A stretch of 64,000 nt of DNA from a virus. Taxonomy: Duplodnaviria; Heunggongvirae; Uroviricota; Caudoviricetes. The notes under the pieces are model-generated. The model was not told where the DNA came from, did not search any database, and was given only the letters and a program-made list of their open reading frames with translations. Every line of letters begins with the position of its first letter. Within the stretch, counting starts at the first letter, position 1. The DNA is taken from IMG/VR virus record IMGVR_UViG_3300021431_000002; one strand, written 5' to 3'. Of this stretch, positions 30,291 to 40,356 are shown in pieces. The translations under genes and the position numbers were made by a program.

Positions 30291-32527
30291 TGGCAAGCGT
30301 AAAAAAAATGCAAGAAGAAGCAATGGCTTCTATTGATACAGCCAAAGCATTGGTTGACAAAGTGTTGACAATAATGGAAATTATTATTGTTGACCCTTCA
30401 CTTGCATTATCTTTTTCCACCAATCCAATAGGCTATTTGATTCAATTACTTAAGCACTTAGGGGTAACACGAGAAGAACTAGAGACATGGCTTACCAATT
30501 TCCTTATTTACGTAGTACCAGTCCTTGAGATTTCTGTTAAAGCAATTTTATTAACAAATCTTAAAAACATGATTTCTTGCTCAGTTGACCCTAGGATTCC
30601 AGAAAAATATAGAAAAAGACATAAAGCCCCCACAGATGATGGCACATCACAAGAATATGGAATTGATATTAATATAGAATCCATTGATTTTATGGATAAA
30701 TTATCAATAAATCCGCTTGGAGAATTTGGTTCTAACTGGTATTTTGGTCTTGAAGGTGTAGAAGATTCATATAAATTTGCTAGGGCTGATGATATGGATG
30801 CCTTTTTATGGTTTGTTATTCACAAAGGTAAATTCCCTAATTCGGCAATTTTAAGCGGTGAAACAACCAACGAAATAGCATCTTCATTAAACAGCTTATA
30901 TCATAATAACCCAAACGTATTACCTTCAGATGGAACACTTTTATCAACATTAGAAGCGATGTATGACGCAAGTAATCCATCTTCTATTTTATTGGGTAAT
31001 ACATTCGCATATAAAGATGGTCACATAGTTTCTATGTGTATCGACAATAAAACTGATGATGTTGAAAATATCGTACATAATACATTAGTTCCAGTATCAG
31101 ATGATTGGTCATCAGTCAATTGGTATGCTAGACGTGCTGACCAACTTGGAAAGAATCTTGGATTTGGCTGGGGTGTTAACCAAAAAAATGGTAATACAAA
31201 ATATAAAGGAAATAATAGAGATTTCAGTAAAGAAAGGGCAATTTGTAATATACAATACATAGACCAAGCATCAAGCGATGCACCATTGACTGGTTTGGTT
31301 AATAACAAGTTACGTTTTACTATTCTTCCTAAACCATATATACATATTCCTATTTTATCTGAAGGAGAAGCACCTTGGCAGTTTAAAAAAATGCTATTCG
31401 ATGATAAAGGTAATTTTGACGCTAACGGAAAATATACATTTGCCGAAGGTGTTGTAGTAACTGAAACTGAAACCGAAGAAACTGAAAGTAAAGATAAAAA
31501 AATAAAATTTATCACATTTACTACACCACATGCTGTAGTAAAACTAAACATAAGAAGTCGTGAAGTTACAGTTGATAATCCTGCGGAGTTAGCCAAAGAC
31601 TTGATGGAGTGTTATCCTGGTCTTACTGTTTTTGAATTTAACTATGATTATGTAATGAGTATAAAGCTTTTCGATGCGAAAGTATTGGCTCATTCATTGA
31701 TGGAATCTGTTCTCAATACAAATTTGGGTCTCAGTGTTGGTGTCGGAATGAGACACCAAGAATCCACCGAAACCATTAAGGAAATAATTAAAAACATTCT
31801 TGAGACCGATGATTCTGAAATAAGCGATTGTTATTATACTTTTGATAATAGTAAATACGACTCCCTTCTAAGAAGGGCAGAAGAAAAAAGAGCTAGACAG
31901 CAAAGATTTGGTAACGTAACGCATGAAGTTGGTTTATTTGATAGTGTTAGCAACATTCTTAACGAATATGACGCTAATTCTGAGTTACATGAGCAAGTAG
32001 ATGTTCTACACAGAGCTTTTACGCAAGCTGCCATGACTGTAAGTGAAGGTGTGCCAGAGACTGATAAATTTGATGTCGAATTCAATTTTATATTCGATTT
32101 AATTGAATCTTTAACAACAGCTATTGTAAATGGTATTCTAAGCCCAAAAGTATTAATGCTTTTGGAAGTTAACCAAAAAATAATGGGTGGAACTTGGGAG
32201 AAATTTACAATGAAAGACTTAATACAAGCATTGAGAAGTATTATCGTTGCCATTGTTAAGGAAATACGTGACATGGTTATCCAAGAGCTTCTGAAGCTTG
32301 TTCTAAAGGCACTAGAACCAATTATACAGATGCTTGGTAGTATCTTGCTTAGAGAACAGCTTGATAACTATGCAGATGCAATACTTGAAATTGTACGAAA
32401 TTGCCCATTCATATGGTTCAGCTTTGGTAATAAGCAAGAAGATACTAAACTCGATGTCGTTGATTATGCTGATATTGACGTTAGTCACAATAAAGAGGGT
32501 GAACAACCTTCAACTAATAAATGCTAA
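30290..32527 (+). CDS. Large hypothetical late protein, possibly baseplate-associated
   Basis: 745 aa; same operon as the spike gene. Confidence 0.55.
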   Translation: MASVKKMQEEAMASIDTAKALVDKVLTIMEIIIVDPSLALSFSTNPIGYLIQLLKHLGVTREELETWLTNFLIYVVPVLEISVKAILLTNLKNMISCSVDPRIPEKYRKRHKAPTDDGTSQEYGIDINIESIDFMDKLSINPLGEFGSNWYFGLEGVEDSYKFARADDMDAFLWFVIHKGKFPNSAILSGETTNEIASSLNSLYHNNPNVLPSDGTLLSTLEAMYDASNPSSILLGNTFAYKDGHIVSMCIDNKTDDVENIVHNTLVPVSDDWSSVNWYARRADQLGKNLGFGWGVNQKNGNTKYKGNNRDFSKERAICNIQYIDQASSDAPLTGLVNNKLRFTILPKPYIHIPILSEGEAPWQFKKMLFDDKGNFDANGKYTFAEGVVVTETETEETESKDKKIKFITFTTPHAVVKLNIRSREVTVDNPAELAKDLMECYPGLTVFEFNYDYVMSIKLFDAKVLAHSLMESVLNTNLGLSVGVGMRHQESTETIKEIIKNILETDDSEISDCYYTFDNSKYDSLLRRAEEKRARQQRFGNVTHEVGLFDSVSNILNEYDANSELHEQVDVLHRAFTQAAMTVSEGVPETDKFDVEFNFIFDLIESLTTAIVNGILSPKVLMLLEVNQKIMGGTWEKFTMKDLIQALRSIIVAIVKEIRDMVIQELLKLVLKALEPIIQMLGSILLREQLDNYADAILEIVRNCPFIWFSFGNKQEDTKLDVVDYADIDVSHNKEGEQPSTNKC

Positions 32528-32530
32528 ACA

Positions 32531-32923
32531 ATGGGAATAGAACAAATTTGTAAAACGATAAGCAATTTCTTTAATAACGTGAGACCTCCTTTCCCACAGT
32601 TATCTAGATTGTTATTGGTGTGCTCGATGATACGCAGACCAGGACTGTCTGTCATCCAGTCAGTAGCAAACATCACAAAAGACTTAAATAAATTAGGCAT
32701 TCCTACTGGTGCAATGCCAGACGGTAGTGCAAATCTAACACTTGGATTTACATTCGCAAACACAAATGAAATATATAGAGCGATAAAAAAAGATGCATCT
32801 ATACAAGTAGGAATACAACCAGGCTCAATGATGTTAACAGGATTTGGAAGTAATGCTGGCGGACCAGTTGTTATTCAAGGATTCAACACATCACCAAGTA
32901 TGGGATATGCAGATATTAACTAA
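32531..32923 (+). CDS. Hypothetical late protein
   Basis: ORF in operon. Confidence 0.7.
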   Translation: MGIEQICKTISNFFNNVRPPFPQLSRLLLVCSMIRRPGLSVIQSVANITKDLNKLGIPTGAMPDGSANLTLGFTFANTNEIYRAIKKDASIQVGIQPGSMMLTGFGSNAGGPVVIQGFNTSPSMGYADIN

Positions 32924-32941
32924 TTACAAATGTTAATGTAT

Positions 32942-33133
32942 ATGGATAGAAATGTAGATTTTTCAAAAATGTCTAACTCAGAAATTAATATAAAAGTTAT
33001 GAGTTATGATAATGAATACGACATTCGTAAGAGTAAAATAATAGAATTGGTACACGAGTTGGAAGACTTGGATTTCTTATATAGAAAGGCTACCGATGAA
33101 CTTAAAAAGAGAGGCGTTTTAAGTGATGAGTGA
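32942..33133 (+). CDS. Small hypothetical protein
   Basis: ORF overlapping the next start codon. Confidence 0.6.
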   Translation: MDRNVDFSKMSNSEINIKVMSYDNEYDIRKSKIIELVHELEDLDFLYRKATDELKKRGVLSDE

Positions 33134-34076
33134 ATTTAGAGTTGTTGTCGCAAAAGTAAGGGAAGTTGAAAACATAAACTCTTCATACATTGATGATGGA
33201 TTACATGAATTGGATAAACCTTACGATGGTCTTAGAGTAAGAGCAGAAATTGAAGGCAAAGACTACCCAAAGAACAATGAACCAAAATATCTTCCTTGGG
33301 CATTTCCTCTATTACCAAAAACATTTCAAAGCATCCCAAAAGTGGGAGAATCTGTTCTTCTAATATATGATGCATCATCCAATGGACAAAGATATTATAT
33401 CGGTCCTATAATTTCGCAACCACAATTTAATGCATATTGTGAGCCAAAAAATGCCACATCGTTATTAATGGAACCAGTGCATAATAAACCATTGGAAAGG
33501 GTGTCCAATAATGATGATACGAAGGGTGCGTATCCAAAGTCATCAGATGTTGCTGTTATTGGTAGGGGTGCTGAAGATGTTATTTTAAGATATAATAAAA
33601 CCACAAAAGAAAGTGAAGTTCAACTTAGAGCTGGTGTTCGTGGAGAAGCCACAAACGACCCAAATCCCAATATGGTTGGGAATATCATATTTAATGGGAC
33701 TGACCCAGCTTATATACAATTAAAATATAAGAGTGGATTAACAAAAAAACAAAATCAGCAAGGAAATAGTATCATCAATATGGTTGCCAATAGAATCAAT
33801 ATCATGAGTAATAAAGATGATAATATTGCTCATAATCTAAAGGATAAAAACCATATGATTTTGGACGAGAAGATGGATGAAATTATGGACAATCTGCACC
33901 AAGTCCCAATGGGAGACAAACTTGTTGAATTGCTAAAAATAATGAAAGGTTGCATTATGCATCACGTTCATCCTTGGGCTGGCATGGAACAATGCGGCGA
34001 CTGGGGTGGATATATAAATAAACTTGATGGATATGACATTGATTCAATCCTATCTAAGTATGTTAGAATTTCTTAA
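33126..34076 (+). CDS. Baseplate central spike (gp5/gpV-like OB fold)
   Basis: RVRAEI...PWAFPLLP...IPKVGESV...YYIGP; C-terminal HVH tip motif. Confidence 0.7.
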   Translation: MSEFRVVVAKVREVENINSSYIDDGLHELDKPYDGLRVRAEIEGKDYPKNNEPKYLPWAFPLLPKTFQSIPKVGESVLLIYDASSNGQRYYIGPIISQPQFNAYCEPKNATSLLMEPVHNKPLERVSNNDDTKGAYPKSSDVAVIGRGAEDVILRYNKTTKESEVQLRAGVRGEATNDPNPNMVGNIIFNGTDPAYIQLKYKSGLTKKQNQQGNSIINMVANRINIMSNKDDNIAHNLKDKNHMILDEKMDEIMDNLHQVPMGDKLVELLKIMKGCIMHHVHPWAGMEQCGDWGGYINKLDGYDIDSILSKYVRIS

Positions 34077-34080
34077 AGTT

Positions 34081-34233
34081 ATGAAAAAAATTTTAGTTGC
34101 GGATAATTATAACTTTCATATTTTGGAAGTTGCTGATAATGAAGACATAAGCAAATATACTGTTGATTATATTGAAAAGGGTAAACAGTATGGTGATTGG
34201 AAATGGTATTATACATTTGACATAATAAAATAA
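34081..34233 (+). CDS. Small hypothetical protein
   Basis: 50-aa ORF ending in a terminator. Confidence 0.5.
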   Translation: MKKILVADNYNFHILEVADNEDISKYTVDYIEKGKQYGDWKWYYTFDIIK

Positions 34234-34259
34234 GGATAGATTTTTTCTATCCTTATTTT
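34227..34259. terminator. Bidirectional terminator
   Basis: AAAATAAGGATAGA-TTTT-TTCTATCCTTATTTT. Confidence 0.75.
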
Positions 34260-34800
34260 ATGCCTTAAATTCTGATGAATCAACTGGGCTGCACTGCACA
34301 GTTCTGTATAGTGGAATAGTTCCCCATAGTGTGTGAGAATTGCTATAGTTATTTCTGCCATCGTTGTTCACGACAAAAAACTCCATATGTTCAGGTGATA
34401 TTTGTATACCAATATAATCTCCTTTTTTTATATCTACGTTAAGTTCATCCAATGTTTCTTGGTAAACACCAACGGTAAGTTTACCAGTTTTCATATAAGT
34501 TCCCAATTGCTTCTCTTTATCATAAGATTTAAGTTCTGGCTCCTCTATCTTATAGACACAAGGTATCTCAATTGGTGTCTTGTATGTCACATCATCTGGG
34601 TCTGTCTCTCCATATACAGCATCAACTTGCGTTTTAGATGCGTCAACTTGGTACAGAATAACAGTTTGCCCCATGTCTTGCTCTATGTAGTTTTTCCCTA
34701 TTTCTCTTTCCAATGCAAATGATTCTGCATCATAAAATAGACTGTTTCTATTGATAGGAACTCGCCTAATGTTTTTTGCGTTAAATTGTATTTTACCCAT
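34258..34800 (-). CDS. Head-closure/neck protein (gp14-like)
   Basis: VILYQVD...DAVYGE...PIEIPC...VDIKKGDYI. Confidence 0.55.
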   Translation of the reverse strand: MGKIQFNAKNIRRVPINRNSLFYDAESFALEREIGKNYIEQDMGQTVILYQVDASKTQVDAVYGETDPDDVTYKTPIEIPCVYKIEEPELKSYDKEKQLGTYMKTGKLTVGVYQETLDELNVDIKKGDYIGIQISPEHMEFFVVNNDGRNNYSNSHTLWGTIPLYRTVQCSPVDSSEFKA

Positions 34801-34802
34801 AA

Positions 34803-35615
34803 TTAATCTGCATAATATTTATCCCAAACGTCAAGATTTAAGCCACTGTCAAGAATCACAAGCGTTGGCTCTCCATTTCTGTTTACCATTCCAAAATTAT
34901 CTATTTGGCAGAAATCAGACATACCTGTATTTTCGACGAAATTTTTGAACTCGCTTAACCATTCTGAGTTATTTATTATATTTTCGTATGTTTCATCATA
35001 ATATCCCTCATCCGTCACATAATTAGCCTCTATATAACAGAAAACATTGTACAAGCTTTCCATTTTATCTCCATAATAATATGTTTCATGCCATTTTTTC
35101 TCCCCGTCAAAATATTTGTCATATCCAACTGTATAATCACTTTTTCTTTTTCCATTATAGTTTTGAGGCTCTGAGCCTACTATTGCAGGCATCTTTAAAG
35201 ATTTTTGATGTGATGTTCCGTAAAAAGGTATTCCTAATATTTTCTCAAAATCAATATCTTTTGCTGGAACTACGTTTTCTGAAACTAAATATGTATATTT
35301 TTCGTCTGCTTTAAATATTCTAACTAACAATGGACTGTCATAAGAACGATACATTTCATATTCTTGCTTATTTTGCGCAATTCCTGCCTTATATTGACCA
35401 CCCATAGCTAATTTTAGTATCATATTATCACTAAGCGTAAAAACGCATCTAGAAGAGCCAAAATTATTTGGTTCTCCTAACCATTTGACACAGTAATCAT
35501 ATTGAGCACCCCATCCATTTTTGCCTAACGCTGAAAGCTCTTTTAGCGAAAACCCTTCTCTATATGCCTCAAATAATCTTTTTTTCTGAGATTCATTAAT
35601 TTTTATTACTTTCAT
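34803..35615 (-). CDS. Protein-kinase-like protein with INE/LFE leader
   Basis: FGSSRCVF (Gly loop), ILKLA, QNKQE, SDFCQIDNFG (catalytic loop), VILDSG (DFG-like). Confidence 0.7.
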   Translation of the reverse strand: MKVIKINESQKKRLFEAYREGFSLKELSALGKNGWGAQYDYCVKWLGEPNNFGSSRCVFTLSDNMILKLAMGGQYKAGIAQNKQEYEMYRSYDSPLLVRIFKADEKYTYLVSENVVPAKDIDFEKILGIPFYGTSHQKSLKMPAIVGSEPQNYNGKRKSDYTVGYDKYFDGEKKWHETYYYGDKMESLYNVFCYIEANYVTDEGYYDETYENIINNSEWLSEFKNFVENTGMSDFCQIDNFGMVNRNGEPTLVILDSGLNLDVWDKYYAD

Positions 35616-35720
35616 AAAAAACTTTAATATATTATATAAATATATGAAAAAAAACAATTGGTAGGTCTTGATTTTTTCATATTTTATATTATATTTTAAC
35701 TAGTTAAAATATAATATAAA

Positions 35721-37685
35721 ATGGCACTATCATTAGATAAAATTAATGATGCATATAATTTATTGAAAAATTATAACGGAAATAATTCTTACATAATTCG
35801 TCTCAAAAATTCTGTTTTTGCGTATAAAACAAAAACAATGAATGACTTTGAGGCTGAATACGTATTATATAACCATGATAAAGAGCCTAAACTGATAAAC
35901 AAAATTATAAGAATTCCAGAATGGTATGGAAAAAATCGCAAAGAAGAATGGAAAACTGAATTTACGCCAGATAGATTTAAAATAACTTGGTACATGGGTG
36001 AAACAAGCCAATTCTATCATTTCTATTGTGTATACAGAAGGTCTCAAGAAAAAGCTGTTGAATTGTTTGCGCCAAAAAAAGCAATTCTTACAGATTTTTT
36101 ATCTGAAGATTGGAATTTGAAACAAATTGATTTTAAGCCGTATAACGAGCGAAGTGGTCGTGTACTTTATCCTTATCAAGAAGAGGCTGTAAAGTTCCTT
36201 ACAAGCCGTAAAAAAGGTATTTTAGCAAGCGAAATGGGTAGTGGGAAAACCTTGGCGGCAATAGTAGCAGCATTGGAGGACAAATATGAAAAAATTTTGA
36301 TAATATGTCCAGCTTCCGTAAAAATGACATGGAAAAAAGAATTGGGGCTTTTAGTACCAAATGATAACATTACTATTGTGGAAGGAAGTAAATGGAAAGA
36401 AAACAAATTTACAATCATAAATTATGATATATTGAAAAATTTCTATGAAGTGCCAACAGAAACAGTTAAAAAGAAAGAACTTAACCTAAACGATGATGGA
36501 AAAATTGTTAAAGTTATAAAAGAAAAAACTGTTGTCTCTAGAAAAAAATCAGTAATCGCAGAAGCAATGGATAACAGCCAATTGTATCAATCAAAGTTTG
36601 ACCTAATAATAATTGACGAAGCACACAGACTTTCCAACACTACTAGTGGTATTTTTAAAATCGTATCAGATTTGCTCAATAGAAGTAATCCGAAAGGAAT
36701 ATATGCCATAACAGGAACTCCGATTACAAATCGACCAATTAATTTTTTCAACATTTTAAAAATTATAGATGCTCCATTGGCAAACGATTGGAAATATTAT
36801 GTTGAAAGATATTGTGACGGAAAGTTTTTTTACAACAAAAAAGAACGTGATGCATATAGTGCGATATTTTGTAGAAAACAAAAGAAAAACAGTTGGTATG
36901 ATTTAAGTGATGACGAGAAAAAACAGTTGGATGAAATACTAGACAAAAACTGTAAAAAAATATGGAAAACTGATGGTTCTTCACACTTGGATGAATTGCA
37001 AGAAGTTGTTAAACCATATTATTTAAGAAGGTTGAAAAGCGATTTTGGTAAAATCGTAAAGAAAACCATTAAAGTTTTAAATTATAAATTAACTAAAAAA
37101 GAGAAAAAAGAATATGACAGCGTATGGGAGGAATATTTGGCAGCACAACAAGGTCATGGTAAAGAGGACATTGAGAAATATAGGAGTATTACTGAAGGCA
37201 TTATGCTGCGACAATGGCTAGCCAAGTCTATGACAGATAAGACAATCAAACTCGCTGAAAAATGCATCAAATTAGGACATAAAGTTGTCATATTTTGTTC
37301 ATTCGATGAAGAATTGAACACAATTAGAAAACATTTTGGGAATTTATGCGTTTATCACAACGGAAAGCTTTCCATGAAAAAGAAAAACGAGGCTGTTGAA
37401 AGATTTCAGAATGACCCAAATATCAAGGTGTTTATAGGTAACATACATTCAGCTGGAGTGGGATTAACACTAGTTTCTGGTCGTGTTGCCATATTCAACA
37501 GTTTTTCATGGGTTAGTGGTGATAATTTGCAAGCAGAAGATAGAATTCATAGGCTTAATCAAAAAAACAATGTAACTATTTACTATCAAGTTTATTCTGA
37601 TACTTTTTATAAAGAAATGTTTGAGAAAGTAAGGGGTAAACAAGAAATTATAGATAATATAATTGTTAGCGAAAATGAAAAATAA
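35721..37685 (+). CDS. SNF2-family helicase
   Basis: EMGSGKT, ICPAS, IIDEAH, TGTPITN, GVGLTL, QAEDRIHR. Confidence 0.92.
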   Translation: MALSLDKINDAYNLLKNYNGNNSYIIRLKNSVFAYKTKTMNDFEAEYVLYNHDKEPKLINKIIRIPEWYGKNRKEEWKTEFTPDRFKITWYMGETSQFYHFYCVYRRSQEKAVELFAPKKAILTDFLSEDWNLKQIDFKPYNERSGRVLYPYQEEAVKFLTSRKKGILASEMGSGKTLAAIVAALEDKYEKILIICPASVKMTWKKELGLLVPNDNITIVEGSKWKENKFTIINYDILKNFYEVPTETVKKKELNLNDDGKIVKVIKEKTVVSRKKSVIAEAMDNSQLYQSKFDLIIIDEAHRLSNTTSGIFKIVSDLLNRSNPKGIYAITGTPITNRPINFFNILKIIDAPLANDWKYYVERYCDGKFFYNKKERDAYSAIFCRKQKKNSWYDLSDDEKKQLDEILDKNCKKIWKTDGSSHLDELQEVVKPYYLRRLKSDFGKIVKKTIKVLNYKLTKKEKKEYDSVWEEYLAAQQGHGKEDIEKYRSITEGIMLRQWLAKSMTDKTIKLAEKCIKLGHKVVIFCSFDEELNTIRKHFGNLCVYHNGKLSMKKKNEAVERFQNDPNIKVFIGNIHSAGVGLTLVSGRVAIFNSFSWVSGDNLQAEDRIHRLNQKNNVTIYYQVYSDTFYKEMFEKVRGKQEIIDNIIVSENEK

Positions 37686-37705
37686 TAAAACTAATGTGAA
37701 ATGTT

Positions 37706-38203
37706 ATGGAATTTAAAATTGAATTAAAAGATATTGAAAATTTATTTATCGAAAGGGGTAAAATATATACTAATAAAAATGGTAAGAAAATAGAATATAT
37801 AGTTGAGAACAATATCATCATTGATGTTAATCCATATGACGCAGAAAGAGTTGCAGAAGAGAAAATCCACGATTTATTAGGTAACGATGAAGGAGTTAAA
37901 AGAATTAATGCTATTATTCAAAAAATGAAAGACAAACCGTTAGTTAATCGTTATTTATATAAACATGAAGCAAGCTCAGATACAACTGAAAAACCAACAG
38001 CAAACACCGATATAGAAAAAGTAAAACAAATCATAAGTCTAGACAAAATAGGCATTTTAGATAAAATTGCGGAAGAAAATAGAGGAAAAATTGATAATAA
38101 TATAACTTGCGAAGAAGTGTGCTATATTCCAGAAAATAGTACCAAAGAGGAAAAAATAGCCAAACTTAAAGAAATGATTGAGAAATTAGAAGATGAAAGT
38201 TAA
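37706..38203 (+). CDS. Hypothetical protein
   Basis: ORF in operon. Confidence 0.65.
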   Translation: MEFKIELKDIENLFIERGKIYTNKNGKKIEYIVENNIIIDVNPYDAERVAEEKIHDLLGNDEGVKRINAIIQKMKDKPLVNRYLYKHEASSDTTEKPTANTDIEKVKQIISLDKIGILDKIAEENRGKIDNNITCEEVCYIPENSTKEEKIAKLKEMIEKLEDES

Positions 38204-38606
38204 TATGGAAGATGAAGAAATTGTAAAACTAGGCTTCATACGTTTAATTGGCGAAGAAACAGATGGGTATTACAGATATGAATTTATTTTTACAAATGAC
38301 ATTGATGGGTTTTGGGGAGAAAACTTTGACCAGAAACCTTGTTGTCTAGTTAATGGACTAACACCAGATGAAGAGTATATTTATGAAATCCATATCGTTA
38401 AAATGAAAATAAAACTAGATTTAATCCAAGACAACTGCTGTTTCGGTTTTCAAGATTGTACTGACGGTATAATAGCGTTAGCATGGGAAAATTTGGATGG
38501 CTATGACGAATATCCAGAAGAAGGGAGAATTTTTTTTAGATTTGGGGAAACTTTGGAAGAAGTTGAAAATAAACTAGCAATAAAAAATGTGTTAATGATA
38601 AATTGA
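38193..38606 (+). CDS. Hypothetical protein
   Basis: ORF in operon. Confidence 0.7.
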   Translation: MKVNMEDEEIVKLGFIRLIGEETDGYYRYEFIFTNDIDGFWGENFDQKPCCLVNGLTPDEEYIYEIHIVKMKIKLDLIQDNCCFGFQDCTDGIIALAWENLDGYDEYPEEGRIFFRFGETLEEVENKLAIKNVLMIN

Positions 38607-38607
38607 T

Positions 38608-38862
38608 ATGGTAGAACCAATTTTTAAAAAAGGAGATTACATTATTAATCGTAATGCTGGAGATATGGCAATCGTCAAAGGAGTGACAAAGAAAAACTAT
38701 TACCAGTTTGATGCTTACTATGGAGGGATATTTAAAGAATTAAAAGACGTGAAAAATTCAATTTATGACTTGCAAGTAAATTATCAAAAATTCTATGACC
38801 TATGCACAGAAGAAGAGAAAAAGAAACTTGATGATATTATAAAAGAAAAAGGAGAGAAATGA
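38608..38862 (+). CDS. Small hypothetical protein
   Basis: FKKGDYI start; ends in a terminator. Confidence 0.65.
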   Translation: MVEPIFKKGDYIINRNAGDMAIVKGVTKKNYYQFDAYYGGIFKELKDVKNSIYDLQVNYQKFYDLCTEEEKKKLDDIIKEKGEK

Positions 38863-38878
38863 TGCTTTCTCTCCTTTT
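38847..38878. terminator. Bidirectional terminator
   Basis: AAAAGGAGAGAAA...TTTCTCTCCTTTT. Confidence 0.75.
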
Positions 38879-39806
38879 ATTTTTCTCTAATAACGATATA
38901 AAGTTCTTCCATATTTGTAAAATAATTATTTTTATTGTAAATTGTTTTGTTACAATTTATTTCATTTATAGGTGTATAACCAAAATATAATAATTTTACG
39001 CCATTCTCTTTACATAATTTATTTTTTAATAAATCATTTTCTAATTGTAGCACATTTGTAAAATTTCTACCTTTAATCAAATGTTGTTCTCCTTGGCATT
39101 CAATTGCAACATTATATTCTGGTAAATAAAAATCTAAACTCATGGGATTTTTATTTTTTAGCCAGTCAAATTTTTTTATATAAGTAAATTCTATGCTATT
39201 TTTCATTAAATAATATGCTAATATGTTTTCAAGTTTACTTTTTTTACACTTTGGGCATCCATTACCTTTTAAATGATTATTTGGAAATATCCAAAATTCG
39301 CCATGTTTAGGACAAATTACGCACACTTTAGTTACAGTGTTAACATACACTGATTTGGAATAGTCATATTTATCACCATGAACTTTTCTAGCTTTTTCAA
39401 TCCATTCTTCTGTTGATGGGGAATACTCATTAGCACATTTAAGGCAACCTTGTCCTCGTAAATGGTTAACTGGCTTTTGCCAAAATTCGCCATGAATAGG
39501 GCATATTATGCAAACCTTAGTCTTATTATCAATGTATTCTACTTTAGAATAATCATACTTATCACCATGAACTTTTCTAGCTTTTTCAATAAAAATATTC
39601 TTTGTGAGTTTTTTTCCACTACAGATTTTGCATCCTTGTTTACCATCAACATGGGCAGTTGGAGTCATCCAAAATTCGCCATGAATGGGGCATATTATAC
39701 AAATTTTGGTACTGTTATTAATGTAATTAACTTTTGAATAATCATATTTATTCCCATGAATTTTTTTAGCTTTTTCAATCCATTCTTTTGTCGTTAATCT
39801 TCTCAT
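38877..39806 (-). CDS. Zn-ribbon-repeat putative homing endonuclease
   Basis: 3 repeats plus LDFYLPEYNVAIECQGEQH. Confidence 0.75.
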   Translation of the reverse strand: MRRLTTKEWIEKAKKIHGNKYDYSKVNYINNSTKICIICPIHGEFWMTPTAHVDGKQGCKICSGKKLTKNIFIEKARKVHGDKYDYSKVEYIDNKTKVCIICPIHGEFWQKPVNHLRGQGCLKCANEYSPSTEEWIEKARKVHGDKYDYSKSVYVNTVTKVCVICPKHGEFWIFPNNHLKGNGCPKCKKSKLENILAYYLMKNSIEFTYIKKFDWLKNKNPMSLDFYLPEYNVAIECQGEQHLIKGRNFTNVLQLENDLLKNKLCKENGVKLLYFGYTPINEINCNKTIYNKNNYFTNMEELYIVIREK

Positions 39807-39873
39807 ATTTATATATGTATTACTATATATAAATATAAACGAATAAAAAAAAAAATTAATTAAAAACTAAAAA

Positions 39874-40254
39874 TTATTGTATGATTATATAAAGCGACTC
39901 TCTTATTGGCATATTCAATATACCACTAGGATAATTATACTCATCATTTTTAAGTGATGGGTCAAAAGTTATTTCAAATGTGCCTTTAAACGTTCCTGCT
40001 TCCTTTGTATCGTGTTTTTTCCAATCATAGCATATAATATACTGTTCAGTGCAATCATCGCCTTCACGAAGCTTTATATATGCTTTGTTTTTGGCTACTT
40101 TTGTAACATTGGTATCAACATTTACCATTGTAAATGTTATATCAGCACCTTGTATGCATTCATGGAATTTATTAAAGTCATGCCTTCCATCCTCTATAAG
40201 TTCCATTCTTAGTGTTGGTAAAGTACTATTTTGTGTTATGTAAAAGTATTGCAT
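39874..40254 (-). CDS. BppU-like Ig-fold structural protein
   Basis: FYITQNSTLP.L...ITFTM...YDW...DT..AGTF.G.FEITF. Confidence 0.5.
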   Translation of the reverse strand: MQYFYITQNSTLPTLRMELIEDGRHDFNKFHECIQGADITFTMVNVDTNVTKVAKNKAYIKLREGDDCTEQYIICYDWKKHDTKEAGTFKGTFEITFDPSLKNDEYNYPSGILNMPIRESLYIIIQ

Positions 40255-40288
40255 AATATATTTTTTATATATAAATATTATACAAAAC

Positions 40289-40326
40289 AAAAAAACCTTG
40301 ACCACCATTTGTAGTCAAGGTTTTTT
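40289..40326 (-). terminator. Terminator after the MCP gene
   Basis: AAAAAACCTTGAC...GTCAAGGTTTTTT. Confidence 0.8.
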
Positions 40327-40356
40327 ATTATAGTTTTAAACTGTTTTGTCAGCGAT

